Assembly: GCA_964647835.1 (NCBI GenBank)
Contig: CAZYJQ010000004.1
Location: forward strand, 2,212-66,211
Origin: an uncultured Desulfovibrio sp.
GTDB taxonomy: Bacteria; Desulfobacterota; Desulfovibrionia; Desulfovibrionales; Desulfovibrionaceae
Length of the DNA stretch: 64,000 nucleotides
Direction: 5' to 3'
Below the pieces are notes generated by a model that was given only the letters and a program-made list of their open reading frames with translations, ran no database searches and had not been told where the DNA came from. Made by a program: the position numbers and the translations under genes. Of the stretch, positions 19,096 through 29,101 are shown piece after piece. Each line of letters begins with the position of its first letter. Positions within the stretch are counted from its first letter, which is position 1.

Positions 19096-19851
19096 ACCCG
19101 AGATATTCTGCAAAGGTGCGTCAGCGTCCTTGGCGACCACAGGAATTACGTCAAAATATTTTGGTGTCGGGGCGTTAAAAAAGACCACCTGAAAAGGAAC
19201 TTTTTCGCCAGGCTGAACATCAGTATTATTAACAACAATATTAATGGTGCTGTTCAGAGCTGTTTTTATTTCTTCCTCGCCAAGGGTTTCAAGCTGGAAC
19301 TGAGAAAGGACAACGCCACCAATTTGCTGTTGCCAAGTGAGCACGGCATTGGTCTGGTCCAGAAGAAACACGCGCACGGACAACATTTGTTTAGGTTTAT
19401 CCGAATTATTAACAATGTCACCCTGTACAACCGTCAGCTTGCCGATTTTGGAGTTATTCACCATGATCTGCCAAACATTTCCTAAAACAATGTTGGTCAA
19501 AGCGTCTTTATCAACCTCTGGAAGCCCGTTCACGGTTTCGGTGTAAGCATCGAAGGAAGCAGAAGGATCGTCCTTGGTAAAGAGGGAATACAGCATATAG
19601 CCCCCATAACCAATACCCGTAAGGACAACGAGAAAGGCCACAAGGAGGATGAGTTTTTGGCGTTTACCGGAAGCTTTTTTGGAAATTTTTGAAGGACTGG
19701 CAGAAGGAGCTTCATCCGCTGGTTGCGAAGGGGGAACCTCAGGTAAAGCAAAAACATTTTTACACTGGGAACAACGAACCTTACGGCCTACCTGATAAAG
19801 CTCATCAGCCAGACTAAAGGTTGTTTCGCAACGTGGGCACTGTACAATCAT
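19021..19851 (-). CDS. Zinc-ribbon (MJ0042-type), TM, DUF3426-like membrane protein
   Basis: CPRC...CSQC, one TM (LILLVAFLVVLTGIGYGGYML), periplasmic domain with VPFQVVF, PAQ-repeat tail. Confidence 0.85.
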   Translation of the reverse strand: MIVQCPRCETTFSLADELYQVGRKVRCSQCKNVFALPEVPPSQPADEAPSASPSKISKKASGKRQKLILLVAFLVVLTGIGYGGYMLYSLFTKDDPSASFDAYTETVNGLPEVDKDALTNIVLGNVWQIMVNNSKIGKLTVVQGDIVNNSDKPKQMLSVRVFLLDQTNAVLTWQQQIGGVVLSQFQLETLGEEEIKTALNSTINIVVNNTDVQPGEKVPFQVVFFNAPTPKYFDVIPVVAKDADAPLQNISGEPAKPVQPAQSAQPAQSPQPVKAD

Positions 19852-19915
19852 ACCAGCCTCAGGAATAGGTACACCAGAGTTTTGTTATCCTTAAAATAAT
19901 ATTAAGAAAATACGG

Positions 19916-20440
19916 TTAAGAATTCATAATATAGATGGCGGGCAAGGCACGGTACTGTTCCGCATAATCAAGCCCATATCCCACTATATACCCTTTTTGA
20001 GAAAGCTCAAACCCCACAAAATCCACTTGAACATTAGTCTCCCGGCGCTCATGCTTACTAATAAGGGCAGCAACACCCATACTCGCCGCCTTTCGCGCCG
20101 CGAATTGTTCCATGAGAAAACTCATGGTTAAGCCCGAATCAACAATATCATCCACAAGGATAACATTTTTCCCTTGTAAGGATATTTCAATATCTTTGGT
20201 AAAGCTGACGTTTCTGGAGCTTTCTACACCAGAACCATAGCTGGCCACACGAACAAAATCGATGGTCACATCACAATCAAGGCGTTTTACCAAATCAGAA
20301 AAAAACATGAAGGCGCCCTTAAGCACACAGATAAGCACTAGGGGTTCGCCGTTATATTTTGTGACAATTTCAGCAGCCAGCGCGTCCAGCCGTTGCTGGA
20401 TAACCTCTTCGGAATATACAAGGGTCAAATTTTCTTTCAT
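19916..20440 (-). CDS. hpt: Hypoxanthine phosphoribosyltransferase
   Basis: VLKGAFMF, LVDDIVDSGLT, VGYGLDY. Confidence 0.97.
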   Translation of the reverse strand: MKENLTLVYSEEVIQQRLDALAAEIVTKYNGEPLVLICVLKGAFMFFSDLVKRLDCDVTIDFVRVASYGSGVESSRNVSFTKDIEISLQGKNVILVDDIVDSGLTMSFLMEQFAARKAASMGVAALISKHERRETNVQVDFVGFELSQKGYIVGYGLDYAEQYRALPAIYIMNS

Positions 20441-20605
20441 AAATAGTACAACTCAAGTAGAAGTTAACAAAGATGCTATACAAAGGTTCGTTGCCAATTC
20501 CCCAATGACTTTGCCCGATGTTTTTATCAGGCTTTTCTACCATTTTTTTTGGCAATTGTCTGTCTGATGCTTTTTATGGGCTATTGTGGTCAGTTGATTT
20601 AGGGG

Positions 20606-21067
20606 CTACTTCTTCACCATGGCGATTTCGTCACAGTCAGGAAACTTGGGGCAATGGATACAATCGGCCCAAATTTTTTGCGGGAGTACCTCTTTGCCCA
20701 CTTCTTCAAAGCCAAGGGTTTGAAAAAACTCCCGCTGGTAAGTAAGGGTAAAGAATTGATCGATACCAAGGACATCAGTCCCTTCCCGCATGCAAGCTTC
20801 CACCAGTTTTCGCCCGTAGCCCTTCCCCCGAAGGGAACTGTCCACAAAGAGCGAACGAATTTCAGCCATATCATTCCACACCACCGAAAGAGCGCAACAT
20901 CCAAGGATGGCATTCTCCTCGTTGGAGAGAACAATAAAGTCCCTCATCCGACCATAGAGTTCAGACAAAGAGCGAGGCAACAGCAAAGCGTCTGTCGCTC
21001 CAGCCAGTAAATAGCCGTGGATAGGTTTAATATCAGCGACAGTCGCCTTGCGTAAAACAACATTCAT
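20606..21067 (-). CDS. GNAT N-acetyltransferase (short ArgA-like)
   Basis: LLPRSLSELY, EIRSL, RGKGYG, KIWADCIHCPKFPDCDE. Confidence 0.85.
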   Translation of the reverse strand: MNVVLRKATVADIKPIHGYLLAGATDALLLPRSLSELYGRMRDFIVLSNEENAILGCCALSVVWNDMAEIRSLFVDSSLRGKGYGRKLVEACMREGTDVLGIDQFFTLTYQREFFQTLGFEEVGKEVLPQKIWADCIHCPKFPDCDEIAMVKK

Positions 21068-21078
21068 GAATTTTTCCG

Positions 21079-21621
21079 CTATTTTTTCTTCACAAGGTCT
21101 TGGACCTTTTGAAACAGAGCTTCTTTAGACTGTAACCCTTCCCAACGCTCATAAAGCTGTCCTGAACGGTTAAACATAAACATCTGGGGAATAGCTGAAA
21201 TTCCCATGGTTTTTTCCAAGCCGTCTACACCCAAAAAAATGGGGTAGGTGAATTTATTTTGATCCATAAATGAGTACAAGGCCTGCGCGCTTTTATCAAT
21301 GGAAATGCCGATAACAACGACATCATCGCTAAAGTTTTGAGCAAGTTCTTTCAAAACAGGGATTTCTTTGCGACAAGGAGGGCACCAAGAAGCAAAGATA
21401 TTCAGAACAACAACCTTTCCCTGATAGGTTTGAAGTTTTCTTTGTAAATCATTGACGCTCATCGCTGGCACAGCGGAGACCTTACCACTCTTAAAAGTAG
21501 CCCCTGAAACAGGGTCAACACCATTGGCAGGAGGGGGGGGAGTGGCGGCAAAGGCCGTTCCCACCATTGCCAAGAGCAAGAGTCCAATGCAAAAGAGTTT
21601 TGTAATAGAACGTAAAACCAT
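21079..21621 (-). CDS. TlpA-family thiol:disulfide oxidoreductase, exported
   Basis: GAGGAG RBS, signal peptide, FASWCPPC, cis-Pro AIP. Confidence 0.9.
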   Translation of the reverse strand: MVLRSITKLFCIGLLLLAMVGTAFAATPPPPANGVDPVSGATFKSGKVSAVPAMSVNDLQRKLQTYQGKVVVLNIFASWCPPCRKEIPVLKELAQNFSDDVVVIGISIDKSAQALYSFMDQNKFTYPIFLGVDGLEKTMGISAIPQMFMFNRSGQLYERWEGLQSKEALFQKVQDLVKKK

Positions 21622-21850
21622 GATTATCTCCTCGGTTTTGAGTACCATGTGTGTATACTCTCTTATATACTATTCAAAAAATAAAGAAAACTGGAAAAGC
21701 TCACCCCTTTACAGGCATCATACCCAAGGGAAAAAGCTCAGGGGGAACACTAGAAAAGCCAAACTAACAGGCTGACTTATACGTCTTACCATGCGGCGTA
21801 GCAATCTTATCCGAGGGGGAGAAATGCCCCACCAAACAGTATTCTTACTG

Positions 21851-24301
21851 CTACTGCACAAGACGCTGCGCCAAACGAACCGCACCCACGGCATCTTCTG
21901 AGTAATAAGCGCCTATTTTGGCAGCAAAAGCTTCTGTAACCACGGCTCCTCCTACCAATACCTTGCAATCAAGGCCTTTTTCTTCAACCAGAGAAACCGT
22001 ATCTTCCATACGAACCATGGTCGTCGTCATAAGGGCCGAAAGTCCAATGAGGGGCGCTCTGTGCTCTTTGGCGGCCTGAACAATAGTCTCGGCCTTCACG
22101 TCCTTGCCAAGGTCAATGACCTCAAAACCGTGGTTACCCAACATTAAGCCAACGATATTTTTGCCAATATCATGGATGTCACCCTCTACGGTGGCAAGGA
22201 TGATAGTTGTTTTTTCGGTCGAGGGCTGCGTCTCTTCAAGGAGCGGTTGCAAAAGCCCGAAGGCCGTTTGCATGGTTTCGGCACTGCGAATGAGCTGAGG
22301 TAAAAAATACTCCTTGCGTTCATAGCGTTCTCCCACCTCGGTAATGGCGGGAATAAGGCGCTCTCCAACAATTTTATAAGGTTCTTCGCCCTCAGCCAAA
22401 GCCTTTTCCACCAAGGGCACAATATCGTCTATTTTTCCCCCGATAACGGCTTGCTCAATGGTCAAGGAGGCTCCTTGCCCTTTGGCACCTCTCCCGCCCA
22501 TGTCGCCTTTTCCGCCGCCCGTCTCACCAGTCCCAGCAGTCCCACCTGTTCCGGAACCGCCTTGGCTTTTCCATTGGGAATAGCCCCCAATGAAGGACTC
22601 CGCGCCTTCATCATGCCCCATGAGCAAGTTGACGGCGTCCAAGGCCTCGCGCAAACGCAGGCTAGACGGGTTGGCTATGCATGAAGACAGGCCCACCCCA
22701 GCGGCGGCGGTTAAAAAGGTGGCGTTCAACAGCTCCCGCGCGGGCAAACCAAAGGAGATATTGGAAAGGCCGCAGGTTGTGGGAAGTCCCAGCGTCGAGG
22801 CGCAATATTCAATAACCTCAAGGCATTCTCGAGCCGCCGTGGGAGTAGAAGAAGCCGAAAGGGCCAAAATATCCACAAGGGCCAAATAACGGGGAATGCG
22901 CAAGTCGTCCATGCGGCTAAGCAAAGCTTCAATAATGGCGATACGCTCAGAAGCTTTTTCAGGCAAATCACCGCCCTGCAATGGCAAAAGGATGAAAGGC
23001 GCCCCATAATCCCTGCATAAAGGCCCTAGAATATCCATACGCCCTTCTTCACCGCTGATGGAGTTCACCAAGGGCGAGGCAGGATAGACTTGTAAGGCTT
23101 TTGCCAAAGCTTCAGGGTTCGGCGAGTCCAAAGCCAAGGGAGCGTTATACTCTTTTTGCAAACGCCCCACGAGCTTAGGCAAGAGGACGGTTTCGTCCAC
23201 CAAAGGCGCGCCCGTATTGACGTCGAGAATACGAGCGCCCAAAGCAAGCTGCTCTTCGGCAAAACGCATGGCCTCGCCCATTTGACCCGCTTGAAACTGG
23301 CTGGTCAGTTCTTTTTTCCCCGTGGGGTTAATGCGCTCGCCAATGAGGGCAAGGGGAAATCCAGCCCCGAGACGAACGGTTTCAAAGCGAGAGGTAAGGG
23401 CTATTCCCTTGCGCTTGGGGCGCGCCCCCACCTTGGGCAGTGTACGCACAAGGTGGGCTAAAGCCCCGATATGGTCAGGCGAAGTACCGCAACAACCACC
23501 TACGATTTGAGCGCCATTGCGGGCGAAATCGCCTGTGAGCTTGGCAAATTCGTCAGCCTCAAGGGGGAATACGGTTTCATCACCCACCAAAACGGGTAAC
23601 CCCGCGTTGGGTTGAATAATGACAGGTACAGGGGAAAGAGCCACAAGCTCTTCGGCAAGACCGCGCATTTCCAAGGGTCCCGCGCTACAGTTCATACCGA
23701 TGGCGTCAACGCCCATATTGGCAAGGGTCGCCACGCAAACCTCAACGGAAGACCCTGTCAGGGTGCGCCCGTCTTCATAGGTCATGGAGACGATAACGGG
23801 CAAATCCCCTTCCCGTCTGGCGGCGATAACGATGGCTCTGGCCTCGGCTATGTCAAACTGGGTTTCCGCCATAACAAGGTCGATGCCCCCTTGGCGAAGA
23901 CCCCGAATTTGCTCCTGAAAAGCCTGTACCATTTCCTCGAAAGGAATTGGCCCCAAAGGAGCAATGAAGTGCCCCGTCGGCCCCACGCTCCCCGCCACAA
24001 AAACACCGCCATGATTATCAGCGGCCTTACGCGCGGCAAGGGCCATTTGCTTGTTAAAGTCAATAACATCGAGATGGGGGGGAAGCTTGAACCGAGTGCC
24101 ACCGAAGGTATTGGTGGTTAAGACCTTTGCCCCGGCTTTACAATAGTCGGCATGGATGCCTTCAAGAATATCAGGCCGCGCGAGACAAAATTCCTCAGGG
24201 CTCACCCCGGCGGGCAAACCACGACGCTGGAGCATGGTTCCCATGGCACCATCGAAAATGATGAATTCACCCAATTGCAATACATCCCTAAACGACATCA
24301 T
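21851..24301 (-). CDS. metH: Cobalamin-dependent methionine synthase (short form, no reactivation domain)
   Basis: DGAMGT, MNCS, GGCCG, IGERINPTGK, GLSNISFG, DIHDIGKNIV B12 motif. Confidence 0.92.
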   Translation of the reverse strand: MMSFRDVLQLGEFIIFDGAMGTMLQRRGLPAGVSPEEFCLARPDILEGIHADYCKAGAKVLTTNTFGGTRFKLPPHLDVIDFNKQMALAARKAADNHGGVFVAGSVGPTGHFIAPLGPIPFEEMVQAFQEQIRGLRQGGIDLVMAETQFDIAEARAIVIAARREGDLPVIVSMTYEDGRTLTGSSVEVCVATLANMGVDAIGMNCSAGPLEMRGLAEELVALSPVPVIIQPNAGLPVLVGDETVFPLEADEFAKLTGDFARNGAQIVGGCCGTSPDHIGALAHLVRTLPKVGARPKRKGIALTSRFETVRLGAGFPLALIGERINPTGKKELTSQFQAGQMGEAMRFAEEQLALGARILDVNTGAPLVDETVLLPKLVGRLQKEYNAPLALDSPNPEALAKALQVYPASPLVNSISGEEGRMDILGPLCRDYGAPFILLPLQGGDLPEKASERIAIIEALLSRMDDLRIPRYLALVDILALSASSTPTAARECLEVIEYCASTLGLPTTCGLSNISFGLPARELLNATFLTAAAGVGLSSCIANPSSLRLREALDAVNLLMGHDEGAESFIGGYSQWKSQGGSGTGGTAGTGETGGGKGDMGGRGAKGQGASLTIEQAVIGGKIDDIVPLVEKALAEGEEPYKIVGERLIPAITEVGERYERKEYFLPQLIRSAETMQTAFGLLQPLLEETQPSTEKTTIILATVEGDIHDIGKNIVGLMLGNHGFEVIDLGKDVKAETIVQAAKEHRAPLIGLSALMTTTMVRMEDTVSLVEEKGLDCKVLVGGAVVTEAFAAKIGAYYSEDAVGAVRLAQRLVQ

Positions 24302-24421
24302 AAAAAGCCTCCATCACAATACTAAAGTAGGCCATTTGACCTAAACTGTCGCAGAAAAGCAAGTAAATATCCGAAATAACCAGAAAATATCCCTCAACGA
24401 CCTTGTGAACCTTCACTTTAC

Positions 24422-24450
24422 TTGATTAAAGACCTTGTTGCATGTAGACT
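24422..24450 (+). promoter_or_regulatory. Sigma70-type promoter candidate for rpoH
   Basis: TTGATT-17 nt-TAGACT. Confidence 0.5.
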
Positions 24451-24498
24451 TGGGGGGAATTGACGACCTTATTACACACAAACAAACCGTGGGAGCTC

Positions 24499-25629
24499 AT
24501 GAGCAAATCACCCAAGAATATATCCGCAAAAACATCCGCGCCTCGCGCCAATCAAAAAAAATCACCCTCTTCATCCAAAGGGAAGTCGAAAAAAGCAACC
24601 GATGAGGTTGACGATGACGCTGCCGTCACCCCCGAAGTTCTTGAGCCAGAGCTTGATGAAGATGACTCCATTGAAGATGTTGATGAAGACGATGATGACG
24701 ACATCCTCGATTTATCCGACGATAAAGCGAGCGATGGCGCCGTTGCCATTTACACCTCGACGGTTCCCGCCGAACGCTCTCAAAACAGCCTGCACGCCTA
24801 TATTCAGGAAATAAGCCGTTTCCCCTTGCTTGAACCTGAGGAAGAGCTGGAGCTGGCTCGTCGTGTCCGTGAAACAGGCGACCCCAACGCGGCCTTTCGT
24901 CTTATCTCCTCACACTTGCGCCTGGTTGTTAAAATAGCCATGGGCTTTCAACGCCGCTGGATGCAAAACGTCCTCGACCTTATTCAAGAAGGCAACGTCG
25001 GGCTGGTGCGCGCCGTTGATAAATTCGACCCTGAAAAAGGCATTAAATTTTCCTACTACGCGCGGTTTTGGATTAAAGCCTATATCCTTAAATTCATTAT
25101 GGATAACTGGCGCTTGGTGAAGCTTGGCACCACCCAAACCCAGCGCAAGCTTTTTTACAACCTCAATAAAGAACGGCAAATGCTTATGGCCCAAGGCTTT
25201 GACCCTGATAGCGCCACCCTTGCCAAACGATTAAATGTTTCTGAAGCCCAGATTATTGAAATGGAACAGCGCCTTGATACGCCGGATATTTCTCTGGACG
25301 CGCCAGTGAACGCCGAAGAGGGCAATCAATCCAGGCTTGACTATATGCCCGCTTTGGGTGCAGGAGTGGAAGAACTTCTTGCCAACGACCAAATGGCGAC
25401 GCTCATTCGCGACAGGCTTAATGACCTTATGCCTAAGCTCTCTGACAAAGAGCAGTATATTTTGGAGCAACGCCTCCTCACCGACGATCCTCTCACCTTG
25501 CGTGAAATTGGCGATAATTTCTCCATAACCCGCGAACGTGTTCGTCAGATTGAGGCCCGCCTTCTGCAAAAGGTTAGGGATCACTTGGTAAGTAATATCA
25601 AAGACTTCTCTGAAGATTGGATTTCATAA
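24499..25629 (+). CDS. rpoH: RNA polymerase sigma-32 factor
   Basis: DLIQEGNVGL, FSYYARFW, RpoH-box-like QRKLFYNL, TRERVRQIE; acidic N-terminal extension; start uncertain. Confidence 0.88.
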   Translation: MSKSPKNISAKTSAPRANQKKSPSSSKGKSKKATDEVDDDAAVTPEVLEPELDEDDSIEDVDEDDDDDILDLSDDKASDGAVAIYTSTVPAERSQNSLHAYIQEISRFPLLEPEEELELARRVRETGDPNAAFRLISSHLRLVVKIAMGFQRRWMQNVLDLIQEGNVGLVRAVDKFDPEKGIKFSYYARFWIKAYILKFIMDNWRLVKLGTTQTQRKLFYNLNKERQMLMAQGFDPDSATLAKRLNVSEAQIIEMEQRLDTPDISLDAPVNAEEGNQSRLDYMPALGAGVEELLANDQMATLIRDRLNDLMPKLSDKEQYILEQRLLTDDPLTLREIGDNFSITRERVRQIEARLLQKVRDHLVSNIKDFSEDWIS

Positions 25630-27395
25630 TGTCCCAAGGGCCCGCTAAAAACAATACTCGTTTCCTGATTCTTTTGGGTCTTTGCCTGTGCGCCGCCATA
25701 GCCTTCAAAGCTTTTTCCCATCACCAGCAAATGGGAGAGAGAGAAAAGCCTTTTTCCGAATATTCCGCCGATTCCAAGCTGTTATATTATTATATGCTTT
25801 ACACCGATGGGATATTATCCGATGACTTCCCCATGGCCCAAGAAGGATTACAAGGACTTGTGTCCACCGACCCCAGTGAGGATCTCTACTCCGAAGCTAT
25901 TTTATTCTTCCTTTCCCAACAAGAGTTTGAAACCGCAGTTACCTTCTCCGAGCAAGCTGTTAAGCGTTATCCCAACAGCCAAAACCTTACTGTTTTCTTA
26001 GCCGAAGGGTATTCCCAAACCAACCAGACAGACAAGGCCATCGCCCTCCTTGAGCGGTGCCATAAACAAAACATGGCTTCCGAAGCCATGATTGAAGAAC
26101 TTATCGGCCTTTACTTACGAACCCATCAAACTGAAAAAGCCCATGTCCTTTTAGCGGGAATTCCCGAATCCAAAGCCAGTCCGGCTATTATCTTTTTCCA
26201 AAGCAAACTCTACAGCCAGCAAGGAAAACTTGGTAAAGCCAAAGCCGTGTTGCGCTCTTTCACCGCCCGTTACCCTGATGTTGCCCACGCCTGGCTTGAG
26301 CTGGGCATTGTTGAAGAAAAGCTTGGCAACCTGCCCCAAAGCATTGAGGCCTACAAGCGAGCCTGTCAGCTCACCCCCTACAACGAAGAGCTGTGGCTTC
26401 ACCTTGCGGAATTACAACTAGGCGCCAACAACATCGCCGGGGCTTTTAACACCCTCCAGCAACACCCCAATCTTGGTGAATACGGGTTTAACGGGGCCAT
26501 TCTTCTTTCAAATCACAACCATTTTGAAGAAGCCAAGGTTCTTATTACCGATTCCATAGCCCAAGGGGCCGATCCCGACGAGGGAGCTATTCTCCTGTCG
26601 GCCATAGCCGTTCGCACCTCGGACGACTACACGGAAGCCTTGCGCCTTTTAGACAGCGTAAGTCCAGAAAGCCAGTATATCTCACTGGCGCTTGAGCGTA
26701 AGGCTCAGCTCTTGGCGCATATGGACGATTGCGCGCAAACCAGACAAATTTTGAAAGAGCTGCGCTCTGACAATATCTCAACCATAGAAATCTGGGGAAT
26801 AGAGGCTTACTGCTACGTTAAGGAAGATAATTTCAAAGAGGGCCTCAAGACCATCAACGCCGCCCTTAAAGAGTTTCCCGACAACCCCGACCTGCTCTTT
26901 ACCCAAGGCTCCATCTATGACTCCATGGAACAACATGATAAAGCTTTGGCCGTTATGGAAAAGCTCCTCATCATAAGCCCCGAAGACCCACGGGTTATGA
27001 ACTATATTGGCTATACCTTGGCCGAAAAAGACGAAGACCTTGAGCGGGCACTTGAGTTGCTGGAAACCGCCCACCAAGCCATGCCCACAGCCGAATATAT
27101 CACAGACTCGCTGGCCTGGGTCCACTACAAACTTGGCAACTATAACCTGGCTTGGGAGTTTATTCAGCAATGCCTGACCCTTGCCGACGAAGACCCGGTT
27201 ATATGGGAACACTATGCTGATATTGCTTTAAAGCGCCATGACCGTGAAAACGCTCTCTTGGGATATACCAACGCTTTGGCCAAGAACCCCAAAAAACCTG
27301 ATGAAATTAAAAAGAAACTCAGCGAATTGAAGCATGAAGCCCCTGCCCATGAAAACGCAACTAACGGCAAAAACCATCAGGAAATACCAAAATAA
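25629..27395 (+). CDS. Tetratricopeptide repeat protein with N-terminal anchor
   Basis: TAATG coupling to rpoH; many TPR helices; NYIGYTLAE and DSLAWVHYKLG typical of the PA4667/LbcA-like family. Confidence 0.88.
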   Translation: MSQGPAKNNTRFLILLGLCLCAAIAFKAFSHHQQMGEREKPFSEYSADSKLLYYYMLYTDGILSDDFPMAQEGLQGLVSTDPSEDLYSEAILFFLSQQEFETAVTFSEQAVKRYPNSQNLTVFLAEGYSQTNQTDKAIALLERCHKQNMASEAMIEELIGLYLRTHQTEKAHVLLAGIPESKASPAIIFFQSKLYSQQGKLGKAKAVLRSFTARYPDVAHAWLELGIVEEKLGNLPQSIEAYKRACQLTPYNEELWLHLAELQLGANNIAGAFNTLQQHPNLGEYGFNGAILLSNHNHFEEAKVLITDSIAQGADPDEGAILLSAIAVRTSDDYTEALRLLDSVSPESQYISLALERKAQLLAHMDDCAQTRQILKELRSDNISTIEIWGIEAYCYVKEDNFKEGLKTINAALKEFPDNPDLLFTQGSIYDSMEQHDKALAVMEKLLIISPEDPRVMNYIGYTLAEKDEDLERALELLETAHQAMPTAEYITDSLAWVHYKLGNYNLAWEFIQQCLTLADEDPVIWEHYADIALKRHDRENALLGYTNALAKNPKKPDEIKKKLSELKHEAPAHENATNGKNHQEIPK

Positions 27396-27566
27396 ACTGT
27401 CCCCATGAGGGACGTACAGCAAAGACTATCCCCATCACAAGTTTTTTGGGATGGCCTTTGTCATTGAGTAACACGCCCTATAAACCATAACGGGCAACAC
27501 CCCCCGCCACAAGACCATCAAACCACCTGCTACTCAGGCGTGTTTGAAAGAGAGATAAGGCATTTT

Positions 27567-28370
27567 ATGAAAAAACATCTGACCCTCCTTCCCCTTATAA
27601 TGTTGTTTTTACTTACTCTAAACGCTTGCCAGCCCAAGCAAATATCACTCTCTCCCTTTGCCCCGGGCGATGCTAAACTCGCCTGGACGGCCTTTGTGGC
27701 GCGTTCAGAACAAAGCTTTGCTCGTTCCGGCCCCTTCCGCTTCAGCGGTTCCTTGCGCTATACCCTCCAAGACGGCACCAGCGAGCGTGTTTCCTGTATC
27801 GTTTGGGGGAATGACGCCAGCGGCCCTTTACGTCTTGACTTAACCGCAGGCATAGGCACCGTTGTCGGCAGGGCGCAAGAAACCAGCGATGGATTTTTGG
27901 CTTACATCCCCAGCGAAAAGGCCGCCTATTCCCACGAGCAGGCGGGGAGTTCCCTTGAAAGTCTTGGCGTGCCTATTCCTCTTTCCCTCTCAGAGCTGAC
28001 AACCATCCTTATCGGCAACGCGGGCAAGGTCTTTCTGCCCGAAGGAGCTTCGGTTGAAAATCTACCCGAAACCTTCCGCGCCACTGAAAACGGCACAGCT
28101 TTTCTTATCCACTCGCCTCGCCTCTCAGGGGAACTTGAGTTAACAAACAGCGGAGAAATTTTAAGCTGGCGGGATACCGACCTTTCTGGTTGGTCTTTTA
28201 CCTTTACTCCTTCCCCCACCCCACTCAAACCCAAAAGACTTGTTATCGCGCATAAACAAGGCTATAAAGCCATTATAACGGTCAATGACATTGTGCAGGT
28301 GCATGAACCTTTTACGGACAAAGAACTTATGCTGACTATTCCGCCCGGCACAACCCTGCATGGCTTGTAA
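27567..28370 (+). CDS. Lipoprotein, LolB-like candidate
   Basis: Lipobox LNAC; beta-rich N-half; LGVPIPLSLSELTTILIG. Confidence 0.65.
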   Translation: MKKHLTLLPLIMLFLLTLNACQPKQISLSPFAPGDAKLAWTAFVARSEQSFARSGPFRFSGSLRYTLQDGTSERVSCIVWGNDASGPLRLDLTAGIGTVVGRAQETSDGFLAYIPSEKAAYSHEQAGSSLESLGVPIPLSLSELTTILIGNAGKVFLPEGASVENLPETFRATENGTAFLIHSPRLSGELELTNSGEILSWRDTDLSGWSFTFTPSPTPLKPKRLVIAHKQGYKAIITVNDIVQVHEPFTDKELMLTIPPGTTLHGL

Positions 28371-28629
28371 ACAAACACCAGGTCAACCGATACAGCCCCA
28401 ATCCATCAGGCGAAGAAACGAACAAAGAACCCTCATCCGATTGAAAAGACAAACTAAATGAACAAACAAAGTCATAATCCGGACAGACAAATTAATAGAA
28501 TTAGCTGACAAAAGACCAAACAAAAAAACCATAAAAGAGGGCAAAACATCGTGTGTCTTGCCCTTTCTGAAAAAGAACCTATCTCTTCCATGCCACCACC
28601 TTCAAAGGCGCAGGCCAAAGGAAACAATC

Positions 28630-29076
28630 ATGATAGCATCTACTGTATATATAGCATCGGATCACGCTGGCCTAGAGCTTAAAAACGCCCTTATGGAAAG
28701 CCTCAAAGAACAGGGAATCACCCCCCTCGATTTAGGCTCAACAACCGGTGAAAGTTGTAACTATCCCGACTTTGCCCACGCCCTATGTCATAAAGTGCTT
28801 GAAATGAACCTCCCGGGAATCCTTATCTGTGGCACAGGCATCGGCATGTCCATTGCCGCCAACAGACACGAAGGCATTCGCGCGGCTCTATGTACCCACG
28901 AATTTCATGCCAAAGCCTGCCGTCAGCATAATGACGCCAACGTTTTGTGTCTTGGCGCGCGAGTAACGGCCCCCGGCCTAGCCATCGAGCTAACCAGCCT
29001 GTTTTTGAATACCCCCTTTGAAGGCGGGCGCCACCAAACACGCATTGAACTTATTGAAAACATAACGAACGATTAA
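28630..29076 (+). CDS. rpiB: Ribose-5-phosphate isomerase B
   Basis: ASDHAG, ICGTGIGMS, HNDANVL, FEGGRH. Confidence 0.97.
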   Translation: MIASTVYIASDHAGLELKNALMESLKEQGITPLDLGSTTGESCNYPDFAHALCHKVLEMNLPGILICGTGIGMSIAANRHEGIRAALCTHEFHAKACRQHNDANVLCLGARVTAPGLAIELTSLFLNTPFEGGRHQTRIELIENITND

Positions 29077-29101
29077 CATCGCCATTTTTTAGGGAGATTT
29101 C

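Noticed and set aside
24302-24459. SAM or cobalamin riboswitch upstream of metH
   Set aside because: Region is short, shared with the divergent rpoH promoter, and has no aptamer consensus
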